A DNA stretch of 64,000 nucleotides from assembly GCA_051382305.1 (NCBI GenBank), contig JBBCAV010000153.1:11387-75386 (forward strand), given 5' to 3'. Under the pieces are notes generated by a model. The model had not been told where the DNA came from, did not search any database, and worked only from the letters and a program-made list of their open reading frames with translations. How positions within the stretch are numbered: the first letter of the stretch is position 1; every line of letters begins with the position of its first letter. Shown here piece by piece: positions 45,319-55,871 of the stretch. The stretch is from Bdellovibrionota bacterium FG-2 (GTDB lineage Bacteria > Bdellovibrionota > UBA1018). A program made the translations under genes and the position numbers.

Positions 45319-47790
45319 GTGGGGAGTGTGCCTGTGCGTTTCGAAAAAATCTGGCGAAGCCTTTTGGTGGTCTCGCTCATTGTATTTCCTTTTTCGTATT
45401 CGTACGCGTCTTCTGCCGCGACTCCCCCCCAACCTCGAACTTTTTCCGCTCTCACTCTCAACGTCCAGTTTCTGACCTTCCCCACGACCGTGGCAAATAT
45501 GTATCTTGTTTCCCAGCGCAAGCGGGCAAAACTTCTGGTTCAAAATGTCTTAAACGATAGCGGGCCCGACATTGTCGTCCTCAACGAATGTTTTTCCGAC
45601 ACCTGCCAAGATGCCGTCATGAGCGCGGCGGTCTCCCCGCTCTATATCACGCGCTTTACCCATATTTTTCATCGCTCCGCAAACCTCCTACAAGACAGTG
45701 GGCTTGCGATTCTCAGCAAATTTCCCCTCGCAGATATTGCGCAAGACCTCACGGATCCCTTTTCCTATTCCGAATTGTGTGCGCGAGGCAATCTCGACCT
45801 AGGAAACAGGCACTTCAAACACGCTTTTGATAAAACGGTTTGCTTAGAAAAATTCTTTCGGTCTTTTGCGGAAATTGCAGAAGTAAGACACCTCCGATTT
45901 TCAAATTTCGACCGGCTCGCAGCGCACCCTTTTGATACCGATAGTCAGGCCGAAAAAGGCGTCGGTTTCGTCCGACTTAAAAACCCCACGACTCAACGGG
46001 ACATCGACATTTACTTTGCTCACTTGCAATCGGGGTTTTCTGAGCGCGCGTCCACGGTCCGAAAAACTCAGTTGGAATCCATTCAAGATTCCATTCTAGC
46101 CCACTCCTTTTTAGCCCCCGGCACCCACGTCGATAACACCGACATTCTATTCATGGGTGACCTTAATGTTGCCGGAGAGCCTCCCGGTTCCCCGCTTAAT
46201 GCATCAGAAGTCCCTGGCTTTTGGGACACCTCCCACCGCTGGAGCCAACATATCGCACGCAGCGACAGCGACCTGAACAGGAAACTCTCGGAAAAAGGCC
46301 GGTATTTATGGGACTTGTGGTGGAGCACAAACCCCGAGCATGACACAGGCGAAACCCATTCACGGAAAACTGCCCATTTTGGGAATCGGGATTATTGGAA
46401 CGGAACACGTGACGACGAAGCGCGATTTGATTATCTGCTGCTGAGCGCAGCCCCTCTGCGCGAGGGCGGCCTTTGTGCCCAGAGCATTTTTCTAGATGAG
46501 AGTTTCTCTGCACCCGAAGGTTATCCACTTAACAACGCAACTCAAGCCCCTCGGGGGGGGCTATATCTCACCGATCATTTCGGCGTGCATGCTATTTTTG
46601 GCCCCACCTATCCTGGCTGCCGAGTGAGGGATGCAATTCATGTTGAAGACGTGCGTTCTGCGAATGCAATTACATCCCTGGCGTCCCAAATTCCAGTTGC
46701 GAATGGATTCCAATGGTTTGAACTTGCTCCGGGCACCTATACAGCACGACTCATGGCCGACGCCGCTTTATCGGCCTCTGCCTTTTCCGGATCAGACGTG
46801 ACCCACGCGTTGCCGCTTCATGAAGCAATTCTCGATGAGAAATCCCGGTCTTTTGCCTTTTCCGCAAGTGAGCGCCTCTTTTTTCGTGTGGGAACTCAAG
46901 AGACGCCCGCCCTGTATGAGATCCAATTTTTGCGACATCAGGGCGTATCATTTGATGAAGCGCTTGACCTGGAAACTCCCGGGATTCGAAAACCGTTGGA
47001 ACTCGATCCAGACGCAGAGCACTTTATTCGCATCACCCCTCGCACCTTGTCTCACCCGGGGCATCAGGTGTTTTCGGTAGACTTAGGAGCAGAGCCTTCT
47101 CAAGAACCAAACATTGCTGTAAGCGTCATACGAAGAAATGAAGACCGACTTGAAGTTTTGCACGATCTTCGAACCGGCCTAATTCTCGATTCGCTTTCGC
47201 CCTCTTCTCCCATGCTACAAGATGGCTTTTCATTAGATAATGAGTCTGAGTTTTTCGTCCGCGTTTCCAGTACTGCGCCCCTTACTCTCCGGCTAAACCC
47301 TCGCTATGATACGGACCTTCGCTCGTTCTCCCTAATCAACCTCCTCAACCTCAACAACAAAGAATCAGGCTGGTTTTCTAATGACCAGATTCGCCTTCGA
47401 GTTCTTATCAAGAATGCTTCTGGCAACACCTTAGAATCCTTCACTCACTATTGCGGAGCGATGGACAAAAACTCCCCGTGTGCTTTTCCCGACGCAAATA
47501 CAGTTCCCGGCATTCGCGGTTTCACGATTAACTTCCTGCCTGTTGACACAGTCGATGTCGAACTTTGGGAAGACAGGCTCATAGGTCAAACATCTTTTGC
47601 GGCCTTGAGTGACCGCTATGGAATCCAGAAAGCCCGAATCCTCCAAGACGACCCCGAAACCCAAGGGGTTACGATCCCAGATCCCTATCGTTCTTCAGAA
47701 ATAAAATCCGAGATTTGGTTTCACAAGCGAAGGTTTCCGAGCTTGCGCGCCGACTGGGCCTATCACCTGACCTACACCACAACACGTTAA
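45319..47790 (+). CDS. secreted endonuclease/exonuclease/phosphatase (sphingomyelinase-like) with long C-terminal extension
   Basis: TLNV, LNECF, DSGLAILSKFP, EKG, HLQS, GDLN, RFDY and TDHFGV motifs. Confidence 0.82.
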   Translation: MGSVPVRFEKIWRSLLVVSLIVFPFSYSYASSAATPPQPRTFSALTLNVQFLTFPTTVANMYLVSQRKRAKLLVQNVLNDSGPDIVVLNECFSDTCQDAVMSAAVSPLYITRFTHIFHRSANLLQDSGLAILSKFPLADIAQDLTDPFSYSELCARGNLDLGNRHFKHAFDKTVCLEKFFRSFAEIAEVRHLRFSNFDRLAAHPFDTDSQAEKGVGFVRLKNPTTQRDIDIYFAHLQSGFSERASTVRKTQLESIQDSILAHSFLAPGTHVDNTDILFMGDLNVAGEPPGSPLNASEVPGFWDTSHRWSQHIARSDSDLNRKLSEKGRYLWDLWWSTNPEHDTGETHSRKTAHFGNRDYWNGTRDDEARFDYLLLSAAPLREGGLCAQSIFLDESFSAPEGYPLNNATQAPRGGLYLTDHFGVHAIFGPTYPGCRVRDAIHVEDVRSANAITSLASQIPVANGFQWFELAPGTYTARLMADAALSASAFSGSDVTHALPLHEAILDEKSRSFAFSASERLFFRVGTQETPALYEIQFLRHQGVSFDEALDLETPGIRKPLELDPDAEHFIRITPRTLSHPGHQVFSVDLGAEPSQEPNIAVSVIRRNEDRLEVLHDLRTGLILDSLSPSSPMLQDGFSLDNESEFFVRVSSTAPLTLRLNPRYDTDLRSFSLINLLNLNNKESGWFSNDQIRLRVLIKNASGNTLESFTHYCGAMDKNSPCAFPDANTVPGIRGFTINFLPVDTVDVELWEDRLIGQTSFAALSDRYGIQKARILQDDPETQGVTIPDPYRSSEIKSEIWFHKRRFPSLRADWAYHLTYTTTR

Positions 47791-47855
47791 TCTTCGGGCA
47801 CTGAGGGCACTGATCTCGCTTGACGAAGCAGGGCGTTTTGAGCTTTGCTTTCCCC

Positions 47856-49565
47856 ATGATCCTACTTCATCCCCATAAAACTATTCGACCCAGCACCGAT
47901 CCCCATACTCGAGAGCTCATGCTCAAAACCGTCGAGTTTTTTGAAAACCGCGGCAAAGCCAAGCTTAAGCAAGATGATCATGACCGAGTTTGGTACAAAG
48001 ACTTCTTGGAGTTCATCGCAAAAGAACAGGTTTTCGCTTCCCTCCTCACTCCCCCCGCGTACGGCGGTCCGGCGTGTCGCTGGGACACTTATCGCAACTG
48101 CGAGTTCAATGAGATTTTGGGCTTTTATGGATTACCCTATTGGTACACCTGGCAAGTTTCAATATTGGGGCTGGGTCCTCTTTGGATGAGTAAAAACGAA
48201 GCCATCAAAATCAAAACCGCCGCGCATTTGAAGGCCGGTGGAATTTTTGGTTTCGGCCTTTCGGAAAAAGAGCATGGCGCCGACCTTTATTCGAGCGAAA
48301 TGACACTCACCCCAGAAAGCCCGGGGCATTATAAAGCCAACGGTCGCAAGTATTACATCGGAAACGCAAACGAAGCGGCGCTTCTTTCCACGTTCGGCAA
48401 AATGAGCGCCAAAAAGACTGAAGGCGGCGACTATGTATTTTTTGCCACCGATCCCAAACGCGAAGGTTTTGAGCTCGTCAAGAATGTCGTCAATTCTCAA
48501 AACTACGTCGCTGAATATGCCTTGCACGATTACGCCGTTTCTGAAGCCGAGATCTTATCCAAGGGTCAAGAGGCCTGGGACTGCTCTCTCAACACGATCA
48601 ATGTTGGGAAGTTCAATTTGGGTTGGGCTTCTATCGGAATGTGTACGCACGCTTTATACGAGGCCATCAACCACGCTTCGCACCGCAAACTTTTTGGACA
48701 CACAGTTACGGATTTCACGCATATCAAACACCTCTTTACCGATAGTTACGCGCGCTTGACAGCTATGAAACTCTTTGCCCTGCGCGCTTCGGATTACATG
48801 CGCTCTGCAACGCTAGAGGATCGCAGATATTTGCTCTATAACCCCATGGTCAAAATGAAAGTCACCACGCAAGGCGAAGAAGTCATCAATCTTCTCTGGG
48901 ATGTGATTGCCGCCAAAGGATTTGAAAAGGATACGATTTTTGAATCCGTCGCCCGTGACATTCGAGCCCTCCCTAAGCTCGAAGGCACCGTGCATGTCAA
49001 CATGGCGCTCATTATTAAATTTATGGGCAACTACTTCTTTAAGCCTGGGAAGCTCCCGGCAATCGGCAAGCGCGATGAGCCCGTCCACGATGAGTTTCTT
49101 TTCAAACAGGGCCCTACCAAAGGCTTAAGCAAAATTCGTTTTCACGACTACCGCATTGCCTACAACAGCGTGAATCTGCCTAATGTGGATATTTTCAAAA
49201 AGCAGATACGTATTTTGAAAACCTTTTTACTCGTGGCCAAACCGAGCAAGAAACAAACTGAGGACATTGATTTTCTGCTGATTTTGGGCGAACTTTTTAC
49301 CCTGGTCGTTTATGGACAGCTGTTAATCGAAAGCGCCAAAATCCAGAAAACCGAGGGCGAACTCTTGGATCAGATTTTTGATTTCATGATTCGAGATTTC
49401 TCAAAATTTGCGCTGCAACTCTATTCCAAAACGAGCAGCACGACGCTTCAACAATTCTTGTGTCTGCAGATGATCAAAAAACCAAAGGTCAATCCGGAGC
49501 GCACAGATCGCATCTGGCGCAATCATGTGGAGAGCTTAAAAGATGGGTATGAGATGAAAGCGTGA
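47856..49565 (+). CDS. acyl-CoA dehydrogenase family protein
   Basis: FGLSEKEHGAD, NGRKYYIGN and LEGTVHVN motifs. Confidence 0.88.
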   Translation: MILLHPHKTIRPSTDPHTRELMLKTVEFFENRGKAKLKQDDHDRVWYKDFLEFIAKEQVFASLLTPPAYGGPACRWDTYRNCEFNEILGFYGLPYWYTWQVSILGLGPLWMSKNEAIKIKTAAHLKAGGIFGFGLSEKEHGADLYSSEMTLTPESPGHYKANGRKYYIGNANEAALLSTFGKMSAKKTEGGDYVFFATDPKREGFELVKNVVNSQNYVAEYALHDYAVSEAEILSKGQEAWDCSLNTINVGKFNLGWASIGMCTHALYEAINHASHRKLFGHTVTDFTHIKHLFTDSYARLTAMKLFALRASDYMRSATLEDRRYLLYNPMVKMKVTTQGEEVINLLWDVIAAKGFEKDTIFESVARDIRALPKLEGTVHVNMALIIKFMGNYFFKPGKLPAIGKRDEPVHDEFLFKQGPTKGLSKIRFHDYRIAYNSVNLPNVDIFKKQIRILKTFLLVAKPSKKQTEDIDFLLILGELFTLVVYGQLLIESAKIQKTEGELLDQIFDFMIRDFSKFALQLYSKTSSTTLQQFLCLQMIKKPKVNPERTDRIWRNHVESLKDGYEMKA

Positions 49566-49573
49566 GGCGGCAC

Positions 49574-50581
49574 TCACTTCAACCCCGGAACAAACTGCGC
49601 CATTTTCTCGGAGCCAAACTCTCGAATAGCCTCCCACGGGTTGTGCTTCGCACATAACAAACGCAGGGATTGAAGTTCCGACGCGCCCCCCTTGGCAAGT
49701 GGAATGCGATGATCGATTTGAATTCCAAATCTAGACCCACATCGCCTGCCCGTCTCGGGCGAAACAAAAGTACAACAGCCGCCATCACGAGCCCAGACTT
49801 GCCTGCGCACAGCCGCCGGAATATTGCGCCGCAAAGCCTGGGGCGGCTGGGAAGCCTTAGTTTGCGGCTCTTTTGTGCGCTGCGCCTCCGGCGCCGGAGT
49901 GATTAGCGGAGTAGACTCTGAAGTCGCCGTTGGAACAGATTTTCGCGGCTTTTTTCGAGCCGGATCCAATTGCGCGAGCGCCCGATCCGCCAAGAGTTCA
50001 ACCAACTGCGCGAACCTAAGACCTGGGTGAGCATGCGCCAACAATCCCTTAAGATGATCGAGTTTCTGCATCCACTCGTCTGAGGCGAAGAGTTTAAGTT
50101 CAGTTTCCGTGGGAGAAATCACCCGCAAACTCTCCTGGCGCTTTGCTGACTCAGGCGAGATCCTTTGAAGGATTTTGTCACACTCGCGATGTGAACGATT
50201 CTCCATTTGCCCAAGAAGCTCACGCTTTTCCTGAACCGAATAGACTTTGCCTTTTCCGCGCTCTTCACGTTTCAAGAAACATTGCACTGAACTTAGGGTA
50301 GAAAGATTGAGAACTCCTGTTTCAATTTGTACGACCGCACCCGGCACGTCCTTCAGCAACCGCATTGAATGAATTCGGCGAGCGGCACTGGCTTCACTAT
50401 AGCCCAACTCTTTGACCGCGTACAAAAATAGCGACGCGTAACCTTGTTGCGCGAAGAGTCTGCGACGCTCTACCTCGCGCAAAAGTTCGAGCACTTGCAC
50501 GGTAAACTTGCGCTCTTCGAGTGCGCAATGTTTGAGCTGATTCAAAAGATCGCAGTCGGTTAGTGTTTTGGGGTGTTGCAT
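49574..50581 (-). CDS. HNH endonuclease with DUF222-like helical N-terminus
   Basis: RRLF...GYASLF.Y....LGYSE..A.RR; RNIPAAVRRQVWARDGGCC...C...IDHRIP...GG.....LRLLCAKHN. Confidence 0.85.
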   Translation of the reverse strand: MQHPKTLTDCDLLNQLKHCALEERKFTVQVLELLREVERRRLFAQQGYASLFLYAVKELGYSEASAARRIHSMRLLKDVPGAVVQIETGVLNLSTLSSVQCFLKREERGKGKVYSVQEKRELLGQMENRSHRECDKILQRISPESAKRQESLRVISPTETELKLFASDEWMQKLDHLKGLLAHAHPGLRFAQLVELLADRALAQLDPARKKPRKSVPTATSESTPLITPAPEAQRTKEPQTKASQPPQALRRNIPAAVRRQVWARDGGCCTFVSPETGRRCGSRFGIQIDHRIPLAKGGASELQSLRLLCAKHNPWEAIREFGSEKMAQFVPGLK

Positions 50582-50700
50582 AGGTGGGCAAGCCTATCAC
50601 AAATTCAACAAAAAACAGCTTAAAAGAAGCTAATATCTCGAGTTTTTTTCAAGCCAACATAGTCCGAAAACCGGACCCATCCCAGCCCCGAACCCCCTCG

Positions 50701-51486
50701 CTAAATCGCTCGCCCAATCACTCGCATCACCCCCGGCAAAAACCGCGCAAGCCACACCGCGACCTTGCCATGCAAAGTCACAACATACTCACGCCGCCGT
50801 TTAACAACCGCGCGCAAAATATGGCGTGCCGCCGCCTCCGTAGGCATCACTAGCCATGAGGGCGCGCGATCCTCAGTTTCAGAATGCAGCACCCCTTGAT
50901 TATCCACGTGCCTAATCTCACTCTTCACAAGCCCCGGAGATACCAGCGTGACGCCCACGCCCCACTCCCGCCATTCTTCGGTCAATGAATCCGCAAGCGC
51001 ACGCACTGCAAACTTGCTCATCGAATACGCACTGGATTCTGCAGGTGAGATATAAGACATAACGCTACCCAAAATAACAAATTGACCGCGCGAATTTTTC
51101 AAAGACTCAAGACCCGCATACGCCGATCGCAAGACCCCAAATACATTTGTTTCAAACTGGCGTCGGTAGTCATCAAGTCTCAATTCGTTTAACCGGCCTG
51201 TGACACCAAAACCTGCGTTCGCGATGAAAACATTGAGTTTGCCATATTCCTTAATCGCAGCCGCCACTGCCGCCTCAAGATCCCCATCACGATTGACGTC
51301 TGCCGCAACAGCCAAGGCTCTGCCTCCACCTGCACAAATTTCTTGCGCAAGCGCTTTGATGCGATCATCGCGTCGGGCAACAAGCGTGACGAAAGCACCC
51401 TGGTGTGCGGCGAGCCTAGCCAACGCGGCTCCAATTCCTGCAGATGCCCCTGTGATCAAGACTGATTTTCCGTGAAAATTGCTCAT
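50701..51486 (-). CDS. short-chain dehydrogenase/reductase
   Basis: TGASAGIG, NAG and YSMSK motifs. Confidence 0.93.
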   Translation of the reverse strand: MSNFHGKSVLITGASAGIGAALARLAAHQGAFVTLVARRDDRIKALAQEICAGGGRALAVAADVNRDGDLEAAVAAAIKEYGKLNVFIANAGFGVTGRLNELRLDDYRRQFETNVFGVLRSAYAGLESLKNSRGQFVILGSVMSYISPAESSAYSMSKFAVRALADSLTEEWREWGVGVTLVSPGLVKSEIRHVDNQGVLHSETEDRAPSWLVMPTEAAARHILRAVVKRRREYVVTLHGKVAVWLARFLPGVMRVIGRAI

Positions 51487-51600
51487 GCAGGTATCCTAAA
51501 TAATATTCGCTTATTGACCTAACGGAAAATGGCGTCAAATTCTAGACGCCATGGGCCCAAAAATCCGCACCAGCGCCGTGCAACAATACACAAAACATCA

Positions 51601-51628
51601 TCAAGCCCCACCCCATTCTCGCCGAAAA
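51601..51628 (+). promoter_or_regulatory. candidate sigma28 (FliA) promoter
   Basis: TCAAG-N15-GCCGAAAA followed by AGGAG and GTG51647. Confidence 0.6.
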
Positions 51629-51646
51629 GTCCTTTAGGAGTGAGCT

Positions 51647-52895
51647 GTGAAATCTATTCCCCTTAATCGCCCCAAGACCGTTTTCTCGAAGTAACTCTAC
51701 TTCTCACTGACCGCGATTACTGCCCTGACCTTAGGGCTGGCACTGGGCCCGCAAACACATGCGGCCCCGCCGACGAGCCTTACCCAACCGCAAGCCCAAG
51801 CCGAAGAGCCTCTTTTCTTTACCGTCGACGCAGGCAAGGGCCATGAAATGATCGAGAAGGCCATCAAGACCCCGTTAGATAAATCTGCTCCAGATTACGG
51901 GATGAGCATCTCCAAGAATTCAGTGATGTTGAATGACCATCTCGGTCGAGTCAAAAACTCTAATAGAAGAAGGGAAAATAGATCCCAAAATAAAAGAAGT
52001 GCAATTCGTCACAGATCACGACGTGAATTTCAATTACCTCTCGCGCGGACTCATTATAGTTCCCCACCCCTCCCTTAAAGATAAACTCGTTAAAATGGGC
52101 AAGGACCCCAGCCTTGTGAAGGTTGTGGAGGGGATTCCAGCTGGGCCCGCTTATCTTGAAGATTTTGACAAAGCGGCCGTTCGAGCGGAGCTCAATGCAT
52201 CTCTCTCGGCTGAGCTGAAGAGGCCGAATATTTTGGGCATAGAAGACCCCTTGATTCTTGCGACCGGTGGAGGGTTAGGTCTGGGGCTTAAGCCCATTGC
52301 AGATTTTTTGCCAAAGTGGAAACCCACGAAGCCGGTAAAGCTTGTAGTAGTCTGCGGGAGCAATAAAGAAATGCTACTACGTTTTCAGAAACTTCAAGTA
52401 TCAAACAAACTTGATCCGAATATTACACTCATCGTAAAGGGCTATACACCCCTTGCGCCCTACGTAAAAGCCGCGACGATGATCATTTCAAAGCCTGGGG
52501 GTTCGCAAACCGCAGAAGCCATTGCCGCAAAGCCCCCTCTTTTCGCGCATACTTATATCCGAGGACAGGAAACCAACAATTATGAGCTTCTGAGCAAAAT
52601 CGAAGCAATCGGCAAACTCGATCTCAATGAGCTCAATGATATGGATAAGATGCTAAAGCGCGTGGAAGTCATCACGGCGGGGATTAAGCGCGAATACCCA
52701 AATGCCCGAAAGCTCCCAGAACAAATTGCCCAGATTTTGGGGGATTATGCTCATGACCGGATTCGAGATAATCCCAAAGAATGGGACGCGATCCTTGCCC
52801 GAAGAGCGGCGATAGCTGCGAAAGTTCCCTTGGGCAAGCGAATTGGGTGCAAGCTTTCGGACGTCTTGTTTTCGCTGCTGCACCCCGAATCGTAA
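51647..52895 (+). pseudogene. MGDG synthase/UgtP-like (GT28) glycosyltransferase with signal peptide, disrupted
   Basis: GTG start, in-frame TAA at 51692, GKGH motif, frameshift near 51930, then VTD, GGGLG, VCGSN, KPGG..TAEA and GQE..N. Confidence 0.72.
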
Positions 52896-52937
52896 ACGCG
52901 AGAGCCTTGGCCCACCTCTTGCTCTGCCCCTAAGCCT

Positions 52938-54407
52938 ATGCGAACCACCAAAATGTTTCTGCTGCTGCTGTTCCCACTCATCCTTCTGACCCCGGGCCCT
53001 GCTCCCTCAATCGCCGCGGACACGCCCGAGACCCTAGAACTGCCCCCCCTGGTCTTAGCCCAAGGAGAACAGCGTCTCATCAAGCTCGCCCAAAACTCAG
53101 ACGTCAAGAAGTTCACGCTTGGCAGCCCCATCGTCAGATCCCTGAAATCCTCCGCGGAACACATCCTTCTCAAAGGCGTCAGCCCCGGGATCACCGATCT
53201 TTGGGTCTGGAAATCAGACGGATCGACTGAACATCGAAAAATCCGCGTAGAAAAACTCAATCCCGGTGACCTCTCCTCACCGCTTGAGCGCGCGCTCTCC
53301 GATCTCACCGAGACCGAGGTCATTTTCAACGGCAGAAGCGTGCTCCTGCGCGGCACTATTCAAACCCTCAAAGAGAGCACTAAAGTGACTTTTCTCACCG
53401 AACAGTTTCCCAAAGAAGTCATCGATCAAACGGAACTTGGCGCTAAACTCCTGGAAAAAGGACAAAACCTGCTGCGCGATTGGATTGATAAAAACAAATA
53501 CTCCACAAAAATTCGAATCGAGACCGAAGGCAGGAGCCTCTGGGTGCGAGGCCACATTGAACTGGCTCAAACGCGAACCGAACTTGTGAGACAACTTCAC
53601 GCGATTTTCCCGCCAGCCAAGATCATCATCGACGCGCTCCCTGATGAAGCCCCGACCATTCACTTCAAGGTGTTTCTCCTGGAACTCAAACGCACGCGCT
53701 TTTCAGCCCTGGGAATCACCTGGCCCGGCGGCCAAGAAGGCGCCTTTCGCGTCACGACCGGAGGAATCCAAAACCTGTTAGCCCTGGATCTTGCACTGCA
53801 AGCGCTCGAAGGAGAAGGTTCGGCGCGGATCCTATCCAATCCCGAACTCGTGGTGCGCGCGCCAGGTGATGCTGAGCTTTTTGCAGGAGGAGAAATTCCG
53901 ATCCAAATCAAAACCAAATTTGGCTCAACCGTGACCTGGAAAAACCATGGCCTAACCCTGCAACTCAAAGTGAGCCACTCCACGGGCGAACTCGTGCGCC
54001 TGGATATTTTCACCGAAGTCAGTCACCTCGACCCTTCGACGAGTATCGAAAACATCCCTGGCATCGCGGCCAACCGCATGAAAACCCAAGTCGACGCCCG
54101 TTACGGAGTACCGCTGCTGCTCTCCGGCCTCCTCCAACAAGGCATGCGGGAGCAAGCACGCGGGCTGCCTTGGCTGAGACGAATTCCAATCTTGGGTGTT
54201 CTCTTTGGCTCCGAAGATTATCTGAGTGAAAAATCCGAACTCGTCGCGATTCTACTGCCCAGCCTTGCACCGCCTTCTACTCAAGTCTCAAGAATCCAAG
54301 ACGCGATTCCGAAAGGTCCCACACCGCTACCGCGAGATTGGCTGAGTCCCGAGGAACAAGAAAAACTTAAGGCGGATCCCGACTATCCCTGGAACGTGCT
54401 CCAATGA
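52938..54407 (+). CDS. cpaC: Flp/Tad pilus secretin (CpaC/RcpA-like)
   Basis: signal peptide, N-domain G..PG.TDL.VW, secretin motifs ILSNPEL, AGGEIP, LPWLRRIPILG.LF. Confidence 0.85.
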   Translation: MRTTKMFLLLLFPLILLTPGPAPSIAADTPETLELPPLVLAQGEQRLIKLAQNSDVKKFTLGSPIVRSLKSSAEHILLKGVSPGITDLWVWKSDGSTEHRKIRVEKLNPGDLSSPLERALSDLTETEVIFNGRSVLLRGTIQTLKESTKVTFLTEQFPKEVIDQTELGAKLLEKGQNLLRDWIDKNKYSTKIRIETEGRSLWVRGHIELAQTRTELVRQLHAIFPPAKIIIDALPDEAPTIHFKVFLLELKRTRFSALGITWPGGQEGAFRVTTGGIQNLLALDLALQALEGEGSARILSNPELVVRAPGDAELFAGGEIPIQIKTKFGSTVTWKNHGLTLQLKVSHSTGELVRLDIFTEVSHLDPSTSIENIPGIAANRMKTQVDARYGVPLLLSGLLQQGMREQARGLPWLRRIPILGVLFGSEDYLSEKSELVAILLPSLAPPSTQVSRIQDAIPKGPTPLPRDWLSPEEQEKLKADPDYPWNVLQ

Positions 54408-55444
54408 ATACCCCCACCTGGCTTGCAACACTTCTTGCGCGCCCTGATATCACCGACCTGTGCCTCAACGGTCACACCGAAGTCTTCGCAGATCAGGGCG
54501 GCGGAATGCTCCCCTCACCTTTCGACAGCTGGAGCGAGCCCGAAATGCGTACTTGGGTTTTGCAACAAATCTCAGCTGCCGGAAAAACTTGGGATGCAAA
54601 AAACCCCTTCATCGATGCAACCCTGCCCACGGGCCATCGAATTCATGTCGTTTTTCCGCCCATATCTCCGCAAGGCCTGATTGTGTCCCTGCGCAGGCTC
54701 GCAAAACGGAATCGCCAAAACGCCACGGACAACTCCCACACACAAAGTGCCGAATCTCGTTGGGGCGACTCCCCCCTGTTTCAAACACTAAAAGAAGCGG
54801 TGGTGCGTGGGGATTCGGTGATTCTCTCAGGCCCCACAGGTAGCGGGAAAACCACGCTGGCCAATGATTTGTTAGAAGGAGTTCCGGCCAATGAGCGCAT
54901 TATTGCGCTTGAAGATACGCCGGAGCTTTCGCCCGCTCACCCCCATTTTCTCTCGCTCATCAGTCGCCCCCCCAACGCCGATGGTTTTGGAGAAGTCACC
55001 CTCCGCTCGCTCCTCAAACAAGCTTTGCGCATGCGCCCAGATCGAATTGTATTGGGTGAATGTCGCGGTGCCGAAGTCTTAGACCTCCTGCAAATTCTCA
55101 ACACAGGCCACCAAGGGGGGCTGGCCACGCTCCACGCCAACTCGCCGAGAGATGCCCTGCGAAGGATCGAACTTCTCTGCCTGCTCGCGTCTTCCGGATC
55201 TTTGCCGCAGAGCGTGGTTCGCGAGTTTCTAGCCTCGGGAGTCCAATGGGTAGGGCAGCTTCAGACGGATCGAAAATTGGGCAAGCGCACCCTAACTGAA
55301 CTTTGGAGAATTGAAGGGCGCGAAGGGGATACCATCCTGATGAGGCCAATGGTACAACAGAAGCAAGGAGACATTACTCGGCATGACTTCAAACTATCCC
55401 ACTGGCAATCCCATGGGCAACCCTACGCCCGCGCAAACACCTAG
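54404..55444 (+). CDS. tadA: Tad pilus assembly ATPase (CpaF/TadA)
   Basis: GPTGSGKTT, LEDTPEL, ALRMRPDRIVLGECRG, NTGH.G...TLHANS. Confidence 0.92.
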   Translation: MNTPTWLATLLARPDITDLCLNGHTEVFADQGGGMLPSPFDSWSEPEMRTWVLQQISAAGKTWDAKNPFIDATLPTGHRIHVVFPPISPQGLIVSLRRLAKRNRQNATDNSHTQSAESRWGDSPLFQTLKEAVVRGDSVILSGPTGSGKTTLANDLLEGVPANERIIALEDTPELSPAHPHFLSLISRPPNADGFGEVTLRSLLKQALRMRPDRIVLGECRGAEVLDLLQILNTGHQGGLATLHANSPRDALRRIELLCLLASSGSLPQSVVREFLASGVQWVGQLQTDRKLGKRTLTELWRIEGREGDTILMRPMVQQKQGDITRHDFKLSHWQSHGQPYARANT

Positions 55445-55871
55445 CTTTCCCGTTATTCGTAGGCTCATGAAAGTACTCGCCTTCATTTATGCGGTGGTAG
55501 GCATGAGTTTTTTCTTTTTTTCCGAAACGGTATTAGAATCCATTAACTCGATTGCATCACTGTTTAAGCTCGCCACGCCCATCCCCTTAAACACAGAACA
55601 CTTCTGGGTCGTGCTCGCAACTTCCATGATGATCATGCTCGTGGCGCTCTCAATCCTTTCCTCACGCGCGCCTGAGATTCGGGGATACTTGTGGGTACAC
55701 TTGGTGTCTAAAGTCGCATCGAGTGCAGCCTTTTTTTATCTCTTTTTTCACAAACAACCCTATTTTGCTTACGTTGCGGGAATTGCAACCGATCTCCCAC
55801 TTGCGCTCCTTATCTTGGGATTCATCATTCGCATCACTTTAGCATTAAGAACCTCAAGGAAGGCGACATGA
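55383..55871 (+). CDS. hypothetical membrane protein (about 4 TM)
   Basis: hydrophobic segments; translationally coupled to the next gene. Confidence 0.7.
   Translation: MTSNYPTGNPMGNPTPAQTPSFPVIRRLMKVLAFIYAVVGMSFFFFSETVLESINSIASLFKLATPIPLNTEHFWVVLATSMMIMLVALSILSSRAPEIRGYLWVHLVSKVASSAAFFYLFFHKQPYFAYVAGIATDLPLALLILGFIIRITLALRTSRKAT

Noticed and set aside
49574-50700. IscB/HEARO-type RNA-guided HNH system
   Set aside because: No PLMP or split RuvC motifs, and only ~120 nt upstream, too short for an omega RNA
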